Notes under the pieces: model-generated
Told to the model about the DNA's origin: nothing
Database searches by the model: none
What the model saw: the letters and a program-made list of their open reading frames with translations, nothing else
Part shown: positions 1 through 9,550 of the stretch, piece after piece
How positions within the stretch are numbered: position 1 is the first letter of the stretch
How the letters are laid out: the number at the start of each line of letters is the position of its first letter
Origin: Phycisphaeraceae bacterium
GTDB taxonomy: Bacteria > Planctomycetota > Phycisphaerae > Phycisphaerales > Phycisphaeraceae
Assembly (NCBI GenBank): GCA_965230275.1
Contig: CBDDKO010000002.1
Location: forward strand, 1,541,294 to 1,605,293
Length of the DNA: 64,000 nt
Direction of reading: 5' to 3'
Program-made: the position numbers and the translations under genes

Positions 1-1011
1 CAGTAGAAACAGCGAGCTGATGCTCAGCCAGGCCGGGATGAACTCAGTATGTTGAGCAGCCTGCTTGACCGTCTCCAATGTAAACGCCTCGGCTATCCAG
101 TCGGTCGCGTAACCGGCAAGGATGGCGGTGACGCAAACGCCCAACAAGTAGGCGACGCAAGCACGGGAGCCTAGTTCCTTACGGATGATGCCAGCGGTTC
201 CAAGATTGGTCGCCGGGCCGGCGAGCAAGAACACCAGCGTGGTGCCGGGGCTGACGCCCGCCAGCAACATCGCCGCGGCGACGGGTGTCGAGGCCGTCGC
301 ACAGATGTACATGGGTATCCCGATCAGGAGCATCGCAAGCATAGCGGGCAATCCGCTGCCCCAATCGGCGAGAGAGCCCACCGGCACCAGCGTCTGGATG
401 ACCGCCGCGAGCAAGAGTCCGACGATCAGCCAGCCGAGGATGTCGCCGAACAGATCTCCCCCAGCGTAGCGTATGGCGTCCACCAGCTTGTGCCACAACC
501 CATGTTGCCCAACGTCGCGAGCGGGTTCGTTCCCGCATCCCGACTCACAACCACAGACCTCAGGCTCAGCCTTCGTTTGCTGATGGCTTCCAGTTGCTTC
601 ACGGTCGATGATGAGCGTCAGCACGCCCGCGGTGATCGCGCTGCCGATCGCCGCGATCGGCCGAACGATCGTCATGAACGGCCCGAGCAATGCGTAACTC
701 AGCGCGATCGAGTCGGCCCCGTTCTCGGGGGTTGCAACGAGAAACGAGACCGTCGCGCCCTTGGACGCCCCCGACCGGCGGAGCGTCACCGCGGCGGGTA
801 CCACGCTGCACGAGCATAGCGGGAGCGGCGTGCCCAGCACGGCTGCATTCAAGATCGGCACCGGGCCTGCCCCGCCCAGCCAACGCTGCATCAGGCGTGT
901 CGGCAACCAGACCTTGATCAGCCCTGAGATGACCAATCCCAACACTAACCAGGGAGCTGTCTCCAGCGAGACCGACCAGAGGTTACTCAGGAAGTCGATG
1001 ATCCATTGCAT
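1..1011 (-). CDS. Membrane permease, COG0701 / SO_0444-like putative Cu/Zn efflux permease family (C-terminus runs off the window start)
   Basis: Not in the supplied ORF track because there is no stop in the window. Hand translation of the reverse strand from ATG (1011-1009) is open for all 337 codons: MQWIIDFLSNLWSVSLETAPWLVLGLVISGLIKVWLPTRLMQRWLGGAGPVPILNAAVLGTPLPLCSCSVVPAAVTLRRSGASKGATVSFLVATPENGADS... Several hydrophobic helices, the PLCSCS-VP motif and a Cys/His-rich loop (EVCGCESGCGN) fit this permease family. It lies directly downstream of the RND efflux genes on the same strand. Confidence 0.7.
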   Translation of the reverse strand, partial: MQWIIDFLSNLWSVSLETAPWLVLGLVISGLIKVWLPTRLMQRWLGGAGPVPILNAAVLGTPLPLCSCSVVPAAVTLRRSGASKGATVSFLVATPENGADSIALSYALLGPFMTIVRPIAAIGSAITAGVLTLIIDREATGSHQQTKAEPEVCGCESGCGNEPARDVGQHGLWHKLVDAIRYAGGDLFGDILGWLIVGLLLAAVIQTLVPVGSLADWGSGLPAMLAMLLIGIPMYICATASTPVAAAMLLAGVSPGTTLVFLLAGPATNLGTAGIIRKELGSRACVAYLLGVCVTAILAGYATDWIAEAFTLETVKQAAQHTEFIPAWLSISSLFLL

Positions 1012-1071
1012 AAGGCTCTATTCTGATGACGCAACTCTCGTGTCGATTAGCCAAGCAGCCATACACAGAAA

Positions 1072-4000
1072 CTATGGGCGTGGACGCCCAAGGATCTGAA
1101 ACAGCAGCGGCAGAACAAACAAAGTCAACACCGTCGATGTGAGAACGCCACCGATGACGACGGTTGCCAAGGGGCGTTGGACTTCTGCCCCTACGCCGGT
1201 GGAGATGGCCATCGGGAGGAATCCCACCGCGTCGGTGACGGCGGTAGCGAGGACTGGTCTCAGGCGTTGCTTCGCGGCGTTCATCACTGCGTCGCGCATC
1301 GGCTGGCTTTCTTCGAGGAAGCCGCGGATGGCGGTCACCATGATCTGCCCGTTGAGCACCGCGATGCCGGAAAGGGCGATGAAGCCAACCGCGGCACTCA
1401 CGCTGAACGGGATGTCGCGGAGCCAAAGGGCGAAGACGCCGCCGACCAGGGCAAACGGGATGCCGGTGTAGATCAGCAGTACGTCGCGGAGGTTCCGCAT
1501 GCTGAAATACAGCAGCAGGAATACCAGGACGAGCGTCGCGGGCACCACGATCATCAGCCGGTTCTGGGCGCGTTCGAGGTTCTCGAACTGCCCGCCCCAT
1601 TCGATGACGTAGCCCTCGGGCAGCGGCACGTCGGCGTCGATGCGTTGCCGGGCCTCGTCGATGAACGAGGCGACATCGCGGCCGGCCACGTTGCACTGCA
1701 CGCGGATCAGGCGTCGGCCCCACTCGCGGTTGATCGTGGCCAGCCCCTCGGTGGTTTCGATCGTGGCCAGCGACGCGAGCGGCAGATGTTGGCCCGACTC
1801 GGTCGGAACAAGGGTGTTGGCCAGCAGGTCGGCATTGCGGCGGTATTCGTCGGGCAGGCGCACCACCAGATCGAAGTGGCGCTGGCCCTCGAAGACTTCG
1901 CCGACGGTCACGCCGCCGATCGACTCAACGAACTCCAGCACGTGCCGGGCCGGGACGCCGTAGCGGGCGATCGCTTGCTGGTCGATTCGTACCTGGACAG
2001 TCGGCTGACCCGTCAACTGGTCTACGGCAATGTCGGACGAGCCGGGAATTTGCAGGAGCACGCGCTGAATCTCGTCACTGATGCGGACCAGTTCGTCGAA
2101 GTCGTCGCCGATGACCTTGATGCCCAGATCCGAGCGGATGCCCGAGATCATCTCGTTCATCCGCAGCTCGATCGGCTGGCTGAACACGATATTCAGGCCC
2201 GGCTGATCGGCCAGCTCCCGCTGCATCGCGGTGACCAGTTCGGCCTGGCTGTCGGCTTTCGTCCACTGGTCGCGAGGTTGGAGCGACACGAAGATGTCGG
2301 TGAGTTCGGTGCCCATCGGGTCGGTGGCTACTTCGGCGGTGCCGATCCGACTCCAGACGTGGCGGATTTCGTCGGGGAACTCGGCCATGAGTTGCTTCTC
2401 AATCCGCGTGTTCCAGTCGGTGGACTGGTCGATCGAGATACCCGCGAGCCGGATCGTGTTGGCGACCACGGCCCCCTCACTGAGCCGAGGCAGGAACTCG
2501 CCGCCCATCCGCGTCGATTGCCAGCCGGTCAGCACGAGCAGGCCGATCACCACCGCGAAGACCAACCACCGCACCTTCATCGCCCCGGCGAGCATGGCCC
2601 CGTAGGTACCGGTGACCAGCCGCTCAAAAAGGCCGACGCGGTGCTTGGGCTTGCTCGGCAGGAAGTAGTACGCCAGCACCGGCGAGAGCGTCAGCGCGAT
2701 GATCAACGCTCCAAGCAGAGCGAACATAAATGTCCAGGCCATCGGCTTGAACATCTTGCCTTCGATGCCTTCGAGCGTGAGTACGGGCAGGAAGACGATC
2801 AGGATAATGCCGATGCCGAACGTGATCGGCCGGGCGACCTGCTTGCCGGACTTCACGATGACTTCCAAACGCTCGGCCGGGGTGAGCTTCCGTCCCAGCT
2901 CCCTCGACCGTTCCGCGAGGTTGCGTAGGTTCGCCTCGTTCATCACGACCGAGCCGTCGATGATGATGCCGAAGTCGATGGCCCCGAGGCTCAACAGGCT
3001 CGCAGCAATGGCGAACTCGTACATCCCCAGGATCGCAAAGAGCATTGTCAACGGGATGACAAACGCGACCAGCAGGCCCGCCCGGATATTGCCCAGCAGT
3101 AGGAACAGCACGATGATCACCAGCACCGCGCCCAGCAACAGGTTGTGCTCTACCGTGTCGATGACGGCGGTGGTCAGCTCGGTCCGGTCGTAGAGCACCT
3201 TGACGGTCACGTCGTCGGGCAGAGCCGCCTGCACCTGTTCGAGCTGGGCCTTGAGGTCTTCAGTAACAACCTTGCCGTTCTCGCCCATGAGCATGAACGC
3301 AAGGCCGAGCACGATCTCGCCGCGGCCGTCGGCCGTGACCGCCCCGCGGCGGATTTCGTGGTCGATGGTGACCTCGCGAGCGATGTCGTGGACATGCACA
3401 GGGTCGCCGTCGAACGCGGCGACGACGATGTTCTCGATCTGCTCGATGTCCGTCACCCGCCCGATGCCATGCACCATGGACGAAACGCCGCCCGAGGTAA
3501 TGAGCCCGCCGCCGACGTTGGTGTTGTTCCGCTCCAACGCCTCGAACACATGGTCCATCGTCAGGTCGAACTTGACGAGCGCTTCGGGATCGACGACGAC
3601 GTGGTACTGCTTAACCTCCCCGCCCCACGCGTTGACCTCAGCGACGCCGGAGACCTTCCGCAACTCGGGCTTGATGACCCAGTCGTGCAGCGTCCTCACC
3701 TCTTCGAGCGTGCGGTCCGGGTCGTCGGAATACACCGCGTAGTGGAAGATTTCGCCGAGGCCGGTGGCGATCGGGCCGAGCTGCGGGCGTTCGATCCCGT
3801 TGGGCAGTTCGACGCCGTTGATGCGTTCGGAGATGTACTGCCGGGCGTCAGTGATGTTGGTGGCGTCGTCGAAGGTCGCCACGACCTGCGAGAACCCGAA
3901 CTTGGACACCGATCGCACGCTGTCGAGGCCCGGCAGCCCGCCGACCGACAGCTCGATCGGCAGCGTGATCTGCTGCTCGATCTCCTGCGGGTTGAGCGAC

Positions 4001-4161
4001 GGGGCGACGGTGTTGATCTGCACCTGCACCGGCGTGGTGTCGGGAAAAGCGTCGACTGGCAGCATGGACAGCCGCCACAGACCGGCCGCGATCAGCAGAC
4101 CGGTAATGACCAGCACGATCAGCCGATTCTTGAGGGAGAGTTCAACAAGTCGAGCAAGCAT
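1072..4161 (-). CDS. Heavy-metal efflux RND transporter permease, CusA/CzcA family
   Basis: 1029-aa ORF with typical RND length and 12-TM layout. The N-terminus (MLARLVELSLKNRLIVLVITGLLIAAGLW) and conserved TM segments (AIDFGIIIDGSVVM, GFIALSGIAVLNG) match HME-RND pumps. It follows the adaptor and OMP genes in czcCBA order. Confidence 0.93.
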   Translation of the reverse strand: MLARLVELSLKNRLIVLVITGLLIAAGLWRLSMLPVDAFPDTTPVQVQINTVAPSLNPQEIEQQITLPIELSVGGLPGLDSVRSVSKFGFSQVVATFDDATNITDARQYISERINGVELPNGIERPQLGPIATGLGEIFHYAVYSDDPDRTLEEVRTLHDWVIKPELRKVSGVAEVNAWGGEVKQYHVVVDPEALVKFDLTMDHVFEALERNNTNVGGGLITSGGVSSMVHGIGRVTDIEQIENIVVAAFDGDPVHVHDIAREVTIDHEIRRGAVTADGRGEIVLGLAFMLMGENGKVVTEDLKAQLEQVQAALPDDVTVKVLYDRTELTTAVIDTVEHNLLLGAVLVIIVLFLLLGNIRAGLLVAFVIPLTMLFAILGMYEFAIAASLLSLGAIDFGIIIDGSVVMNEANLRNLAERSRELGRKLTPAERLEVIVKSGKQVARPITFGIGIILIVFLPVLTLEGIEGKMFKPMAWTFMFALLGALIIALTLSPVLAYYFLPSKPKHRVGLFERLVTGTYGAMLAGAMKVRWLVFAVVIGLLVLTGWQSTRMGGEFLPRLSEGAVVANTIRLAGISIDQSTDWNTRIEKQLMAEFPDEIRHVWSRIGTAEVATDPMGTELTDIFVSLQPRDQWTKADSQAELVTAMQRELADQPGLNIVFSQPIELRMNEMISGIRSDLGIKVIGDDFDELVRISDEIQRVLLQIPGSSDIAVDQLTGQPTVQVRIDQQAIARYGVPARHVLEFVESIGGVTVGEVFEGQRHFDLVVRLPDEYRRNADLLANTLVPTESGQHLPLASLATIETTEGLATINREWGRRLIRVQCNVAGRDVASFIDEARQRIDADVPLPEGYVIEWGGQFENLERAQNRLMIVVPATLVLVFLLLYFSMRNLRDVLLIYTGIPFALVGGVFALWLRDIPFSVSAAVGFIALSGIAVLNGQIMVTAIRGFLEESQPMRDAVMNAAKQRLRPVLATAVTDAVGFLPMAISTGVGAEVQRPLATVVIGGVLTSTVLTLFVLPLLFQILGRPRP

Positions 4162-4194
4162 TCAGAGCACTCCGGGCGGTGGCCGGTAAGGGGT

Positions 4195-5943
4195 TTAGTG
4201 GTCGGCGCAGCCGGCACCGAGCCGGGACTTGAGGAACTCCGACATCACCACGAAGCTGCCCGAGGTAACAATCGGGTCGGCGGCCGTTAGCCCGGCGAGC
4301 ACCTCGACGGTCCGCCCGTTCGACTGGCCCAAGGCGACGCGGCGGAGCGAGAACAGGTCGGCCTCGTCCCGGACGAACACGAACGGGTTGCCCTCGTGCC
4401 TCTGCACCGAATCGCGGGGCACGATGGTGGTGGGCTGGGTGTCGCCGGTCACAACCTGCGCCTGGCCGAATAGCCCGGTCTTGAGCCGGTCGGCGTCTTC
4501 GGTCACGACCGCACGCGCTTTGACGAGCCGGCTACGGGGGTCGATCGCCGTGTCGATCCAGGTGATCTCGCCGCGGACCTCCACGCCCGGCAGGTCGTCG
4601 AAACGGGCGACCACGGGCTGACCGGTTTCGATCTGGGTGAGGTATCGTGCGGGCACCGAGAGCATGAGCCACCGCTTGGACATATCCGCGACGGTGAACA
4701 ACGGCTTGCCCGTCGCCACGGATTCACCGATCACTGCGTCGCGTTCGACGATCGTGCCGCCGAACGGCGCACGCACCAACAGCTTGGCCGAGGTGTCCTG
4801 ATCCTGCTCGATGGATTCGACCTCTTCGTCGGTAAAGCCGAGGTTCACCAGTTGTTGCCGCAGGTTGTTGGCCTGGAGGCTTGCGGATCGGTGCTGGGCT
4901 TTGGCTTCGAGCACGTCTTTCTCAGCCGCGATGTTCTGGTCACGCAGCCGTTCCTGACGGGCCATGGCCTGCTGCCCGATGTCGCGCTGTACCAGGGCGG
5001 CGAGATAGTCGCTCTTGGCCGTGGCGACCTGGGCGGAGTGCAGTTCCACAAGCACATCGCCCGCCTTGACCCGCTGCCCGACATCGTGGTGGACCTTGCG
5101 GATCACGCCATCGGCGAGAGGCGTAACACGGGCCATTGCGTTGAGGTCGTACTGCACCTCGCACAACCCTTCGATGGACGGGGCGGCTTCAGCAACTTCG
5201 GGCCGTCCAACCTCGACTCCGGCCTTGCCCGCCGACTCGGCCGACGGCAACCGGACCTTCATGTTCTGGCCCGGTTTCATAGACGCGGCGAGCTGCGGCT
5301 GGCAAATGCCGCACTCGTCTTCGTAGACGCCGTGCTCCCCGCACCAGAGCCGACCATCGCGGACGGAATGGCCCGAGCCGTCGCCATGGTCGTGGCCGGC
5401 AAGATCGTGACCCGCGTGATCGCCGTGCCTCTCCGACGCATCGGTACCGTGGGCTCCGTGGTCGTGCCCGTCATGATCGCCGTGGTCATGGCCGTCATGG
5501 TTCCCGTGATCGTGACCTTCATGATTGCCATGGTCGTGGCCATCGCCCGCAGCGGCGTCCTTCAACTCCGGCCTGCAGAGATGGCACTCGTCTTCGTAGA
5601 GGAAGTGCTCGGTGCAGTACGGCCGGCCTTTGTCTTCGAGCTGCGGTTGGCACAGCCAGCAGCGGTCTTCGTAGCGCAAGTGCTCCCGGCACCAGAGGCG
5701 TCCTTTTTCACGCTTCGACGCATCGCACATAAAGCACGTTGCGTCCGGGTCCTCATGCCGGTGGGCTGCGAGGATCGCCGCAGCCGAGGGCTCAGAGCCA
5801 TTCTCGGCGTGGTCATGTCCGGCGTGATCACGTCCTTCATGTGTTTGGGACTCTTCGCCGCAGCCCACCACCAGCAGTGCGACCAAGAGCAGGGTAGGAA
5901 ACACAATGAATCGAACGATGGAGGGAGGTTGACAGCGGGTCAT
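4195..5943 (-). CDS. Efflux RND periplasmic adaptor (membrane fusion protein) with long His-rich / CxxC-repeat N-terminal extension
   Basis: 582-aa ORF. The C-terminal ~350 aa show the MFP pattern (barrel-sandwich hybrid and beta-barrel, e.g. VKAGDVLVELHS, coiled-coil hairpin, GLFGQAQV). The N-terminus has a signal anchor with lipobox-like VVGCG, His-Asp tracts (GHDHGNHEGHDHGNHDGHDHGDHDGHDHGAHG) and three copies of a C-x-EH-x2-YED-x-C-x2-C-x-P-x-L module. Confidence 0.9.
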   Translation of the reverse strand: MTRCQPPSIVRFIVFPTLLLVALLVVGCGEESQTHEGRDHAGHDHAENGSEPSAAAILAAHRHEDPDATCFMCDASKREKGRLWCREHLRYEDRCWLCQPQLEDKGRPYCTEHFLYEDECHLCRPELKDAAAGDGHDHGNHEGHDHGNHDGHDHGDHDGHDHGAHGTDASERHGDHAGHDLAGHDHGDGSGHSVRDGRLWCGEHGVYEDECGICQPQLAASMKPGQNMKVRLPSAESAGKAGVEVGRPEVAEAAPSIEGLCEVQYDLNAMARVTPLADGVIRKVHHDVGQRVKAGDVLVELHSAQVATAKSDYLAALVQRDIGQQAMARQERLRDQNIAAEKDVLEAKAQHRSASLQANNLRQQLVNLGFTDEEVESIEQDQDTSAKLLVRAPFGGTIVERDAVIGESVATGKPLFTVADMSKRWLMLSVPARYLTQIETGQPVVARFDDLPGVEVRGEITWIDTAIDPRSRLVKARAVVTEDADRLKTGLFGQAQVVTGDTQPTTIVPRDSVQRHEGNPFVFVRDEADLFSLRRVALGQSNGRTVEVLAGLTAADPIVTSGSFVVMSEFLKSRLGAGCADH

Positions 5944-5956
5944 GAGAAGTTCTCCG

Positions 5957-7342
5957 TTAGGGGGTCGGGTCGGTTGAATGGAATGAACTTAGGGGTAGGC
6001 CGAGCAGCCCTTCGATATCCGCGGCGGCCCCATGGAACTCAGCCAGTGCGTCGAGGTGTTGCTGACGCAACTCGATCAGCGTGCGCTCGGCATCGAGCAC
6101 GTCGAGGTAGCCCAGGTTGCCCTCGTCAAACGCCCGGCGGACATCCTGATGCGCCGCCTCGGCGGGTGGTAGCGCCCTGTCACGTAGCGCAGCCACTTCG
6201 TCGCGTGCGTTCACCAGACGTGCGTAGGCGGTAGCCAGGGCGGCGTTGACCTGCAGTTGGATGGCCCGCTGTTGCTCAGCGGCAGACGCGATGCCGAACC
6301 GGGCCGCGAGGATGTCGCCCTCGCGACGATCCAAGACCGGCAGCGGGATCGAGAGCCCAGCCACCAGCGCGGCGTCGTCCGTCTCGTTGAACCAGCGGAA
6401 CCCGAGGCCCGCGGTCAGGTCCGGCACCGCTTCGGCGCGGGCGAGTTCGACCTCGGCCTGCCGGCTCGCGATCTCGACCGCCCACCGCGCCACCTCCGGG
6501 CTCTGGTCGATGGCTTGCTGCAGTTCCTCGGCCGACGGCACCGAAGGTAGATGATTCAGGTCGCCTGCGAGCTGCGTGAATCGTGGGCCTGTACTGCCCC
6601 AAGTCATCGCCAGCCGAACCCGGGATGTCTCCAACGCACGCTCGGCTTTCAGGAGGTCGATCTCCGCGCTGGCCACCGGGACCAGGACGCGGGAACCTTC
6701 CACCGCCGGTGCATCCCCGGCCTCCACCCGCCGCGTGATGGATTCCGCGAGTTGCCCGGTCAACGCTAGCGCCCGCTCCGCGATCTCCACCTGCCGCTGG
6801 GCCACCAGCACATCGACGTAGCGCTGCGTGACCTCGGCCAGTAGAGCGATGCGTGCGGCCTCGTAGTCCCACCCGGCCAATTGGCCTTCCAATCGGGCGA
6901 GTTGCTGGCGTCGTTGAACATCTCCGCCTAACGGGAAGGTCTGACTCAGGCCGAGTGTGATCTCTGGCGCATCAAAGCCTTCAAGTTCGCCTGATCCGCC
7001 AAAATTCTCGATTTCGAGTTCCAGTTCCGGGTTGTCCCAGCGACCGGCCTGAATCGCCCTTGCCTCGGCCGCGCGAACGTCATAACTGAACCGCGCCAGT
7101 TCAGGATTTCTCATCAACGCCGCAGCGTACGCATCGCGCAATTGAATCCCGCTCTCGGGTTCCGCGGCTTCCATAACGCGGCCCTTTGGATCGCGCGGCG
7201 GCTCGGGGTCGGCCCGGTACGCGGCCAATCGTTCGCCGAGTGGCCGGGCCTCGGGCCAAGATGACGTGGCCAGCGGGTCGTTAGCGCACCCTGCGAGCCC
7301 CAGCATGAAAGCAGTTATCAACAACATGCACCTTGGGCGCAT
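5957..7342 (-). CDS. TolC-family outer membrane efflux protein (CzcC-like), lipoprotein
   Basis: The ORF runs 5957..7390. The likely start is M17 (7342), giving MRPRCMLLITAFMLGLAGCAND with lipobox LAGC. Repeated coiled-coil halves are typical of outer membrane factor proteins, and it is the first large gene of the C-B-A operon. Confidence 0.88.
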   Translation of the reverse strand: MRPRCMLLITAFMLGLAGCANDPLATSSWPEARPLGERLAAYRADPEPPRDPKGRVMEAAEPESGIQLRDAYAAALMRNPELARFSYDVRAAEARAIQAGRWDNPELELEIENFGGSGELEGFDAPEITLGLSQTFPLGGDVQRRQQLARLEGQLAGWDYEAARIALLAEVTQRYVDVLVAQRQVEIAERALALTGQLAESITRRVEAGDAPAVEGSRVLVPVASAEIDLLKAERALETSRVRLAMTWGSTGPRFTQLAGDLNHLPSVPSAEELQQAIDQSPEVARWAVEIASRQAEVELARAEAVPDLTAGLGFRWFNETDDAALVAGLSIPLPVLDRREGDILAARFGIASAAEQQRAIQLQVNAALATAYARLVNARDEVAALRDRALPPAEAAHQDVRRAFDEGNLGYLDVLDAERTLIELRQQHLDALAEFHGAAADIEGLLGLPLSSFHSTDPTP

Positions 7343-7424
7343 CGGTGGTCTCCATGTCCAATGAACAGCACAGCATCGCCCGCGGCACACGCAGGGGCGG
7401 GGACGGAACGTTGAAGACAGGTTG

Positions 7425-7832
7425 TTAGATGATCAGCACATCCACCCGCTCAGACGGATCGCAGGCGTACGGTGGATGCGTGACGAGAAAGACAGGCCAG
7501 ATCACAGTTGGCTGCGATTGGACATGAGAAAGCGACGAGAACGCCGGAATCGGGAGCGGTGAACCATCAAGGCCGGGTACCTTCGTGGGTTTGACGCGGC
7601 TGTAGCTGTCCACGTTCAGATCCAGCGACACATCGGTGCAGCCAGCCGCCAGTAAGGCGCTGTGTGCGTCGTCATGGTCTGATTCGCTATGGCATGAACC
7701 GTGGGCCAGCTCGATACCGCGATGTCCATCATCCCCAATACAGGCCACCAAAATCCCGGATTGCAGCACAGCGGCTACCACCATCGTGGCGATGGCGAGC
7801 CAGGCGGTGCATTGGCGGAGTCGTGAAGACAT
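7425..7832 (-). CDS. Hypothetical small signal-anchored His/Cys-rich protein heading the efflux operon
   Basis: Internal ATG of ORF 7425..8042 gives MSSRLRQCTAWLAIATMVVAAVLQSGILVACIGDDGHRGIELAHGSCHSESDHDDAHS... It has an N-terminal hydrophobic helix followed by a His/Cys/Asp cluster. It sits just upstream of the OMP gene on the same strand. Function unknown. Confidence 0.5.
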   Translation of the reverse strand: MSSRLRQCTAWLAIATMVVAAVLQSGILVACIGDDGHRGIELAHGSCHSESDHDDAHSALLAAGCTDVSLDLNVDSYSRVKPTKVPGLDGSPLPIPAFSSLSHVQSQPTVIWPVFLVTHPPYACDPSERVDVLII

Positions 7833-7965
7833 GTCTCGTATGGTATACCCGGAGACATACGCATGGTCAACGACTACAGTTCGTGACCCTGGAACGAAAT
7901 GGCTACAACCTGCCCTGTGGAAAGCATCACGCTGCGTGAGCGAGCATGGTATTGTGGGGCACGGC

Positions 7966-8319
7966 CTAGATGGACAGCTCATCGGCCCACGTCGGCTCGG
8001 TGCGGGCGGCGACGGTGTCAGCCAACTTGTTCTTGAGCACATACATCACCGTCTCGACCTGCCAACGTTTTGCATAATTCTCCCTGTCGAAGTTAACCGC
8101 CATCCGTTGGCAATGCCGCCCGGTCGGCAGCATGCCGGTGGGCCGGCCCGCGTCGGGCGAGATCAGCGAGACAATCTGCAAGTAGTCGATCAGCATCGCG
8201 TGGTTGCGCTCGCAGTCGTAGTCAGATCGCAAAAACGCTGGATCAAAGTCGGCAGCAGGAACCGATAGGCTATGGGTAAGCCAGCGAGGCATCCCAAGCA
8301 GCCACAAGTGGCCGCACAT
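7966..8319 (-). pseudogene. Remnant of a DDE transposase (IS4/IS5-like C-terminal fragment)
   Basis: The 117-aa ORF contains ...NYAKRWQVETVMYVLKNKLADTV..., which resembles the conserved C-terminal Y-(K/R)-x-R-W-x-(V/I)-E motif region of IS4/IS5-type DDE transposases. It is far too short for a functional transposase. It lies exactly where G+C content drops. Confidence 0.5.
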
Positions 8320-8640
8320 AAAGCATTGCGAAACCGAACATCTACAAGCTGATCATCGACCGCCTTGGTCAAGAGATTCGTGCCGCCAATTCTTTGAACA
8401 AACCCTAATTAACACTGACCTTGCATCTGTTGGCCCATCAAAGCCAATTAAGCCGAGGCCAGTAAAAGTTCTAACCGTGTCCTGATGTCTCCGCTTTACA
8501 CATCACGACCGCCGTAAACTCTTGCCAGCACAACGCTGGCAATTTCGGCGCGCAGTTACGCAGACCGTTTTCCCGATTTTGTACGAGTCTGCGATCCTCC
8601 GGAACCCCCAATCAGACATGCCCCGTCCACCAGCGCGGTG

Positions 8641-8856
8641 TCATCGTTTTGCCTTGGACTTCTCTATCCTCGCCACCAGCGTCGAAGGACGGACACCTAA
8701 GACCTTGCAGACCTTGAATAGGGTCGGGATGGTCAGTGAGTTCTTGTTGCGTTCCAGCAGCGATATGTAGGTCCGGTGCAGACCCGTCTTGAAGGCTAAC
8801 TGCTCTTGGGTTAGTCCTGCCGCTAGCCGAGCTTTTCTGAGTTCGTTGCCTCCCAC
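8641..8856 (-). CDS. XRE-family helix-turn-helix transcriptional regulator
   Basis: 71 aa: LRKARLAAGLTQEQLAFKTGLHRTYISLLERNKNSLTIPTLFKVCKVLGV is a canonical HTH_3/XRE pattern (Q-x2-LA...S-x-(I/L)E-x-G). Confidence 0.85.
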   Translation of the reverse strand: MGGNELRKARLAAGLTQEQLAFKTGLHRTYISLLERNKNSLTIPTLFKVCKVLGVRPSTLVARIEKSKAKR

Positions 8857-8980
8857 GGAGGCAGACTAAGCGGGCTTGCCCGTGCCGTCCTCAGAGTATA
8901 CTCTACATTTGGGGTTGAGCGAGCGGTTCGGCTGATCAGTCGCCTTGCCCTGCCCAATTTGTAGCCGCCTGGGGAAGCCT

Positions 8981-9526
8981 ATGATCCACTTCCGCTGTCC
9001 TAACTGTTCCAAGAAGGTTTCCGTTGCCGACGAGCATGCTGGCAAGCGAGGCAAGTGCCCCCAATGCCAGCAGGTTGTCATCATCCCAAGACTATCGAGA
9101 AAGGAGCCGAATCCTCAGCTTGAAGCTCTTGTTGGGCAAGGACAAGGCTATGAGGTTGATGATCCGACGAAGCCGTGCCCGTATTGCGGCGAGAAGATTT
9201 TAGATGCCGCCTCGAAATGCAAGCATTGCGGAGAATGGTTGGGAGCTGAACGGATGGTTCGGGAAGCGTCTGCACCGCCGCATCCTCAGCAACCCAATCC
9301 TGCTCAACCTGTGTATGTCGAGCAACCTCAAGTTAACCAAGTTCAAGGCAGCACGGTTCTTCTCGCTTACGCCTCGGTGACGTTTATCCCTTTTCTGGCA
9401 GTGGTTTGGTTCATCTACTTTGCCATCAAAGGAAAATGGCTTGACGCTATGGGCATCGTCATTTGGGCTTTCATCGGTTGCTGGGTCGTATACGGGATGC
9501 TGGGGGAATTGGCGATGAGGTTCTAA
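8981..9526 (+). CDS. Double zinc-ribbon membrane protein (hypothetical)
   Basis: ATG at 8981 is preceded by GGGGAAG. MIHFRCPNCSKKVSVADEHAGKRGKCPQCQQ is the first CxxC...CxxC ribbon and CPYCGEKILDAASKCKHCGEW is the second. Two hydrophobic helices sit at the C-terminus. It is divergent from the XRE gene. Confidence 0.7.
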   Translation: MIHFRCPNCSKKVSVADEHAGKRGKCPQCQQVVIIPRLSRKEPNPQLEALVGQGQGYEVDDPTKPCPYCGEKILDAASKCKHCGEWLGAERMVREASAPPHPQQPNPAQPVYVEQPQVNQVQGSTVLLAYASVTFIPFLAVVWFIYFAIKGKWLDAMGIVIWAFIGCWVVYGMLGELAMRF

Positions 9527-9550
9527 GCCCCCCAAACAGACGTTGATTGC

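Noticed and set aside
983-1723. 246-aa minus-strand ORF spanning the junction of the RND pump and the permease.
   Set aside because: It is out of frame with both real genes and its translation is Arg/Pro-rich junk. The region is explained by the pump's 3' end and the permease's 5' end.
1177-2928. 583-aa ORF on the + strand, and similar long ORFs at 3145-4290, 4852-6234, 28204-29139, 29839-30534, 33569-34693, 35271-36137, 38170-39210, 42796-43827, 52241-53362, 53928-54983 and 62105-78.
   Set aside because: All lie antisense to, or out of frame within, genes with clear family signatures. Their translations are Arg/Gly/Ala/Pro/Asp-rich low-complexity strings typical of stop-codon-poor shadow frames in high-GC DNA.
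8488-8499. 12-nt match (TCTCCGCTTTAC) to 24519-24530 as a definite left att site.
   Set aside because: Many 12-mer pairs are expected by chance in 64 kb and the GC drop starts ~150 bp further left. It is kept only as a weak hypothesis inside the direct-repeat finding.
8522-8770. 82-aa + strand ORF and the hairpin TTGCCAGC-ACAAC-GCTGGCAA (8521-8541) as gene and terminator.
   Set aside because: The ORF overlaps the XRE gene antisense and has no motif. The hairpin lacks a U-tract in either orientation, so it was not called.
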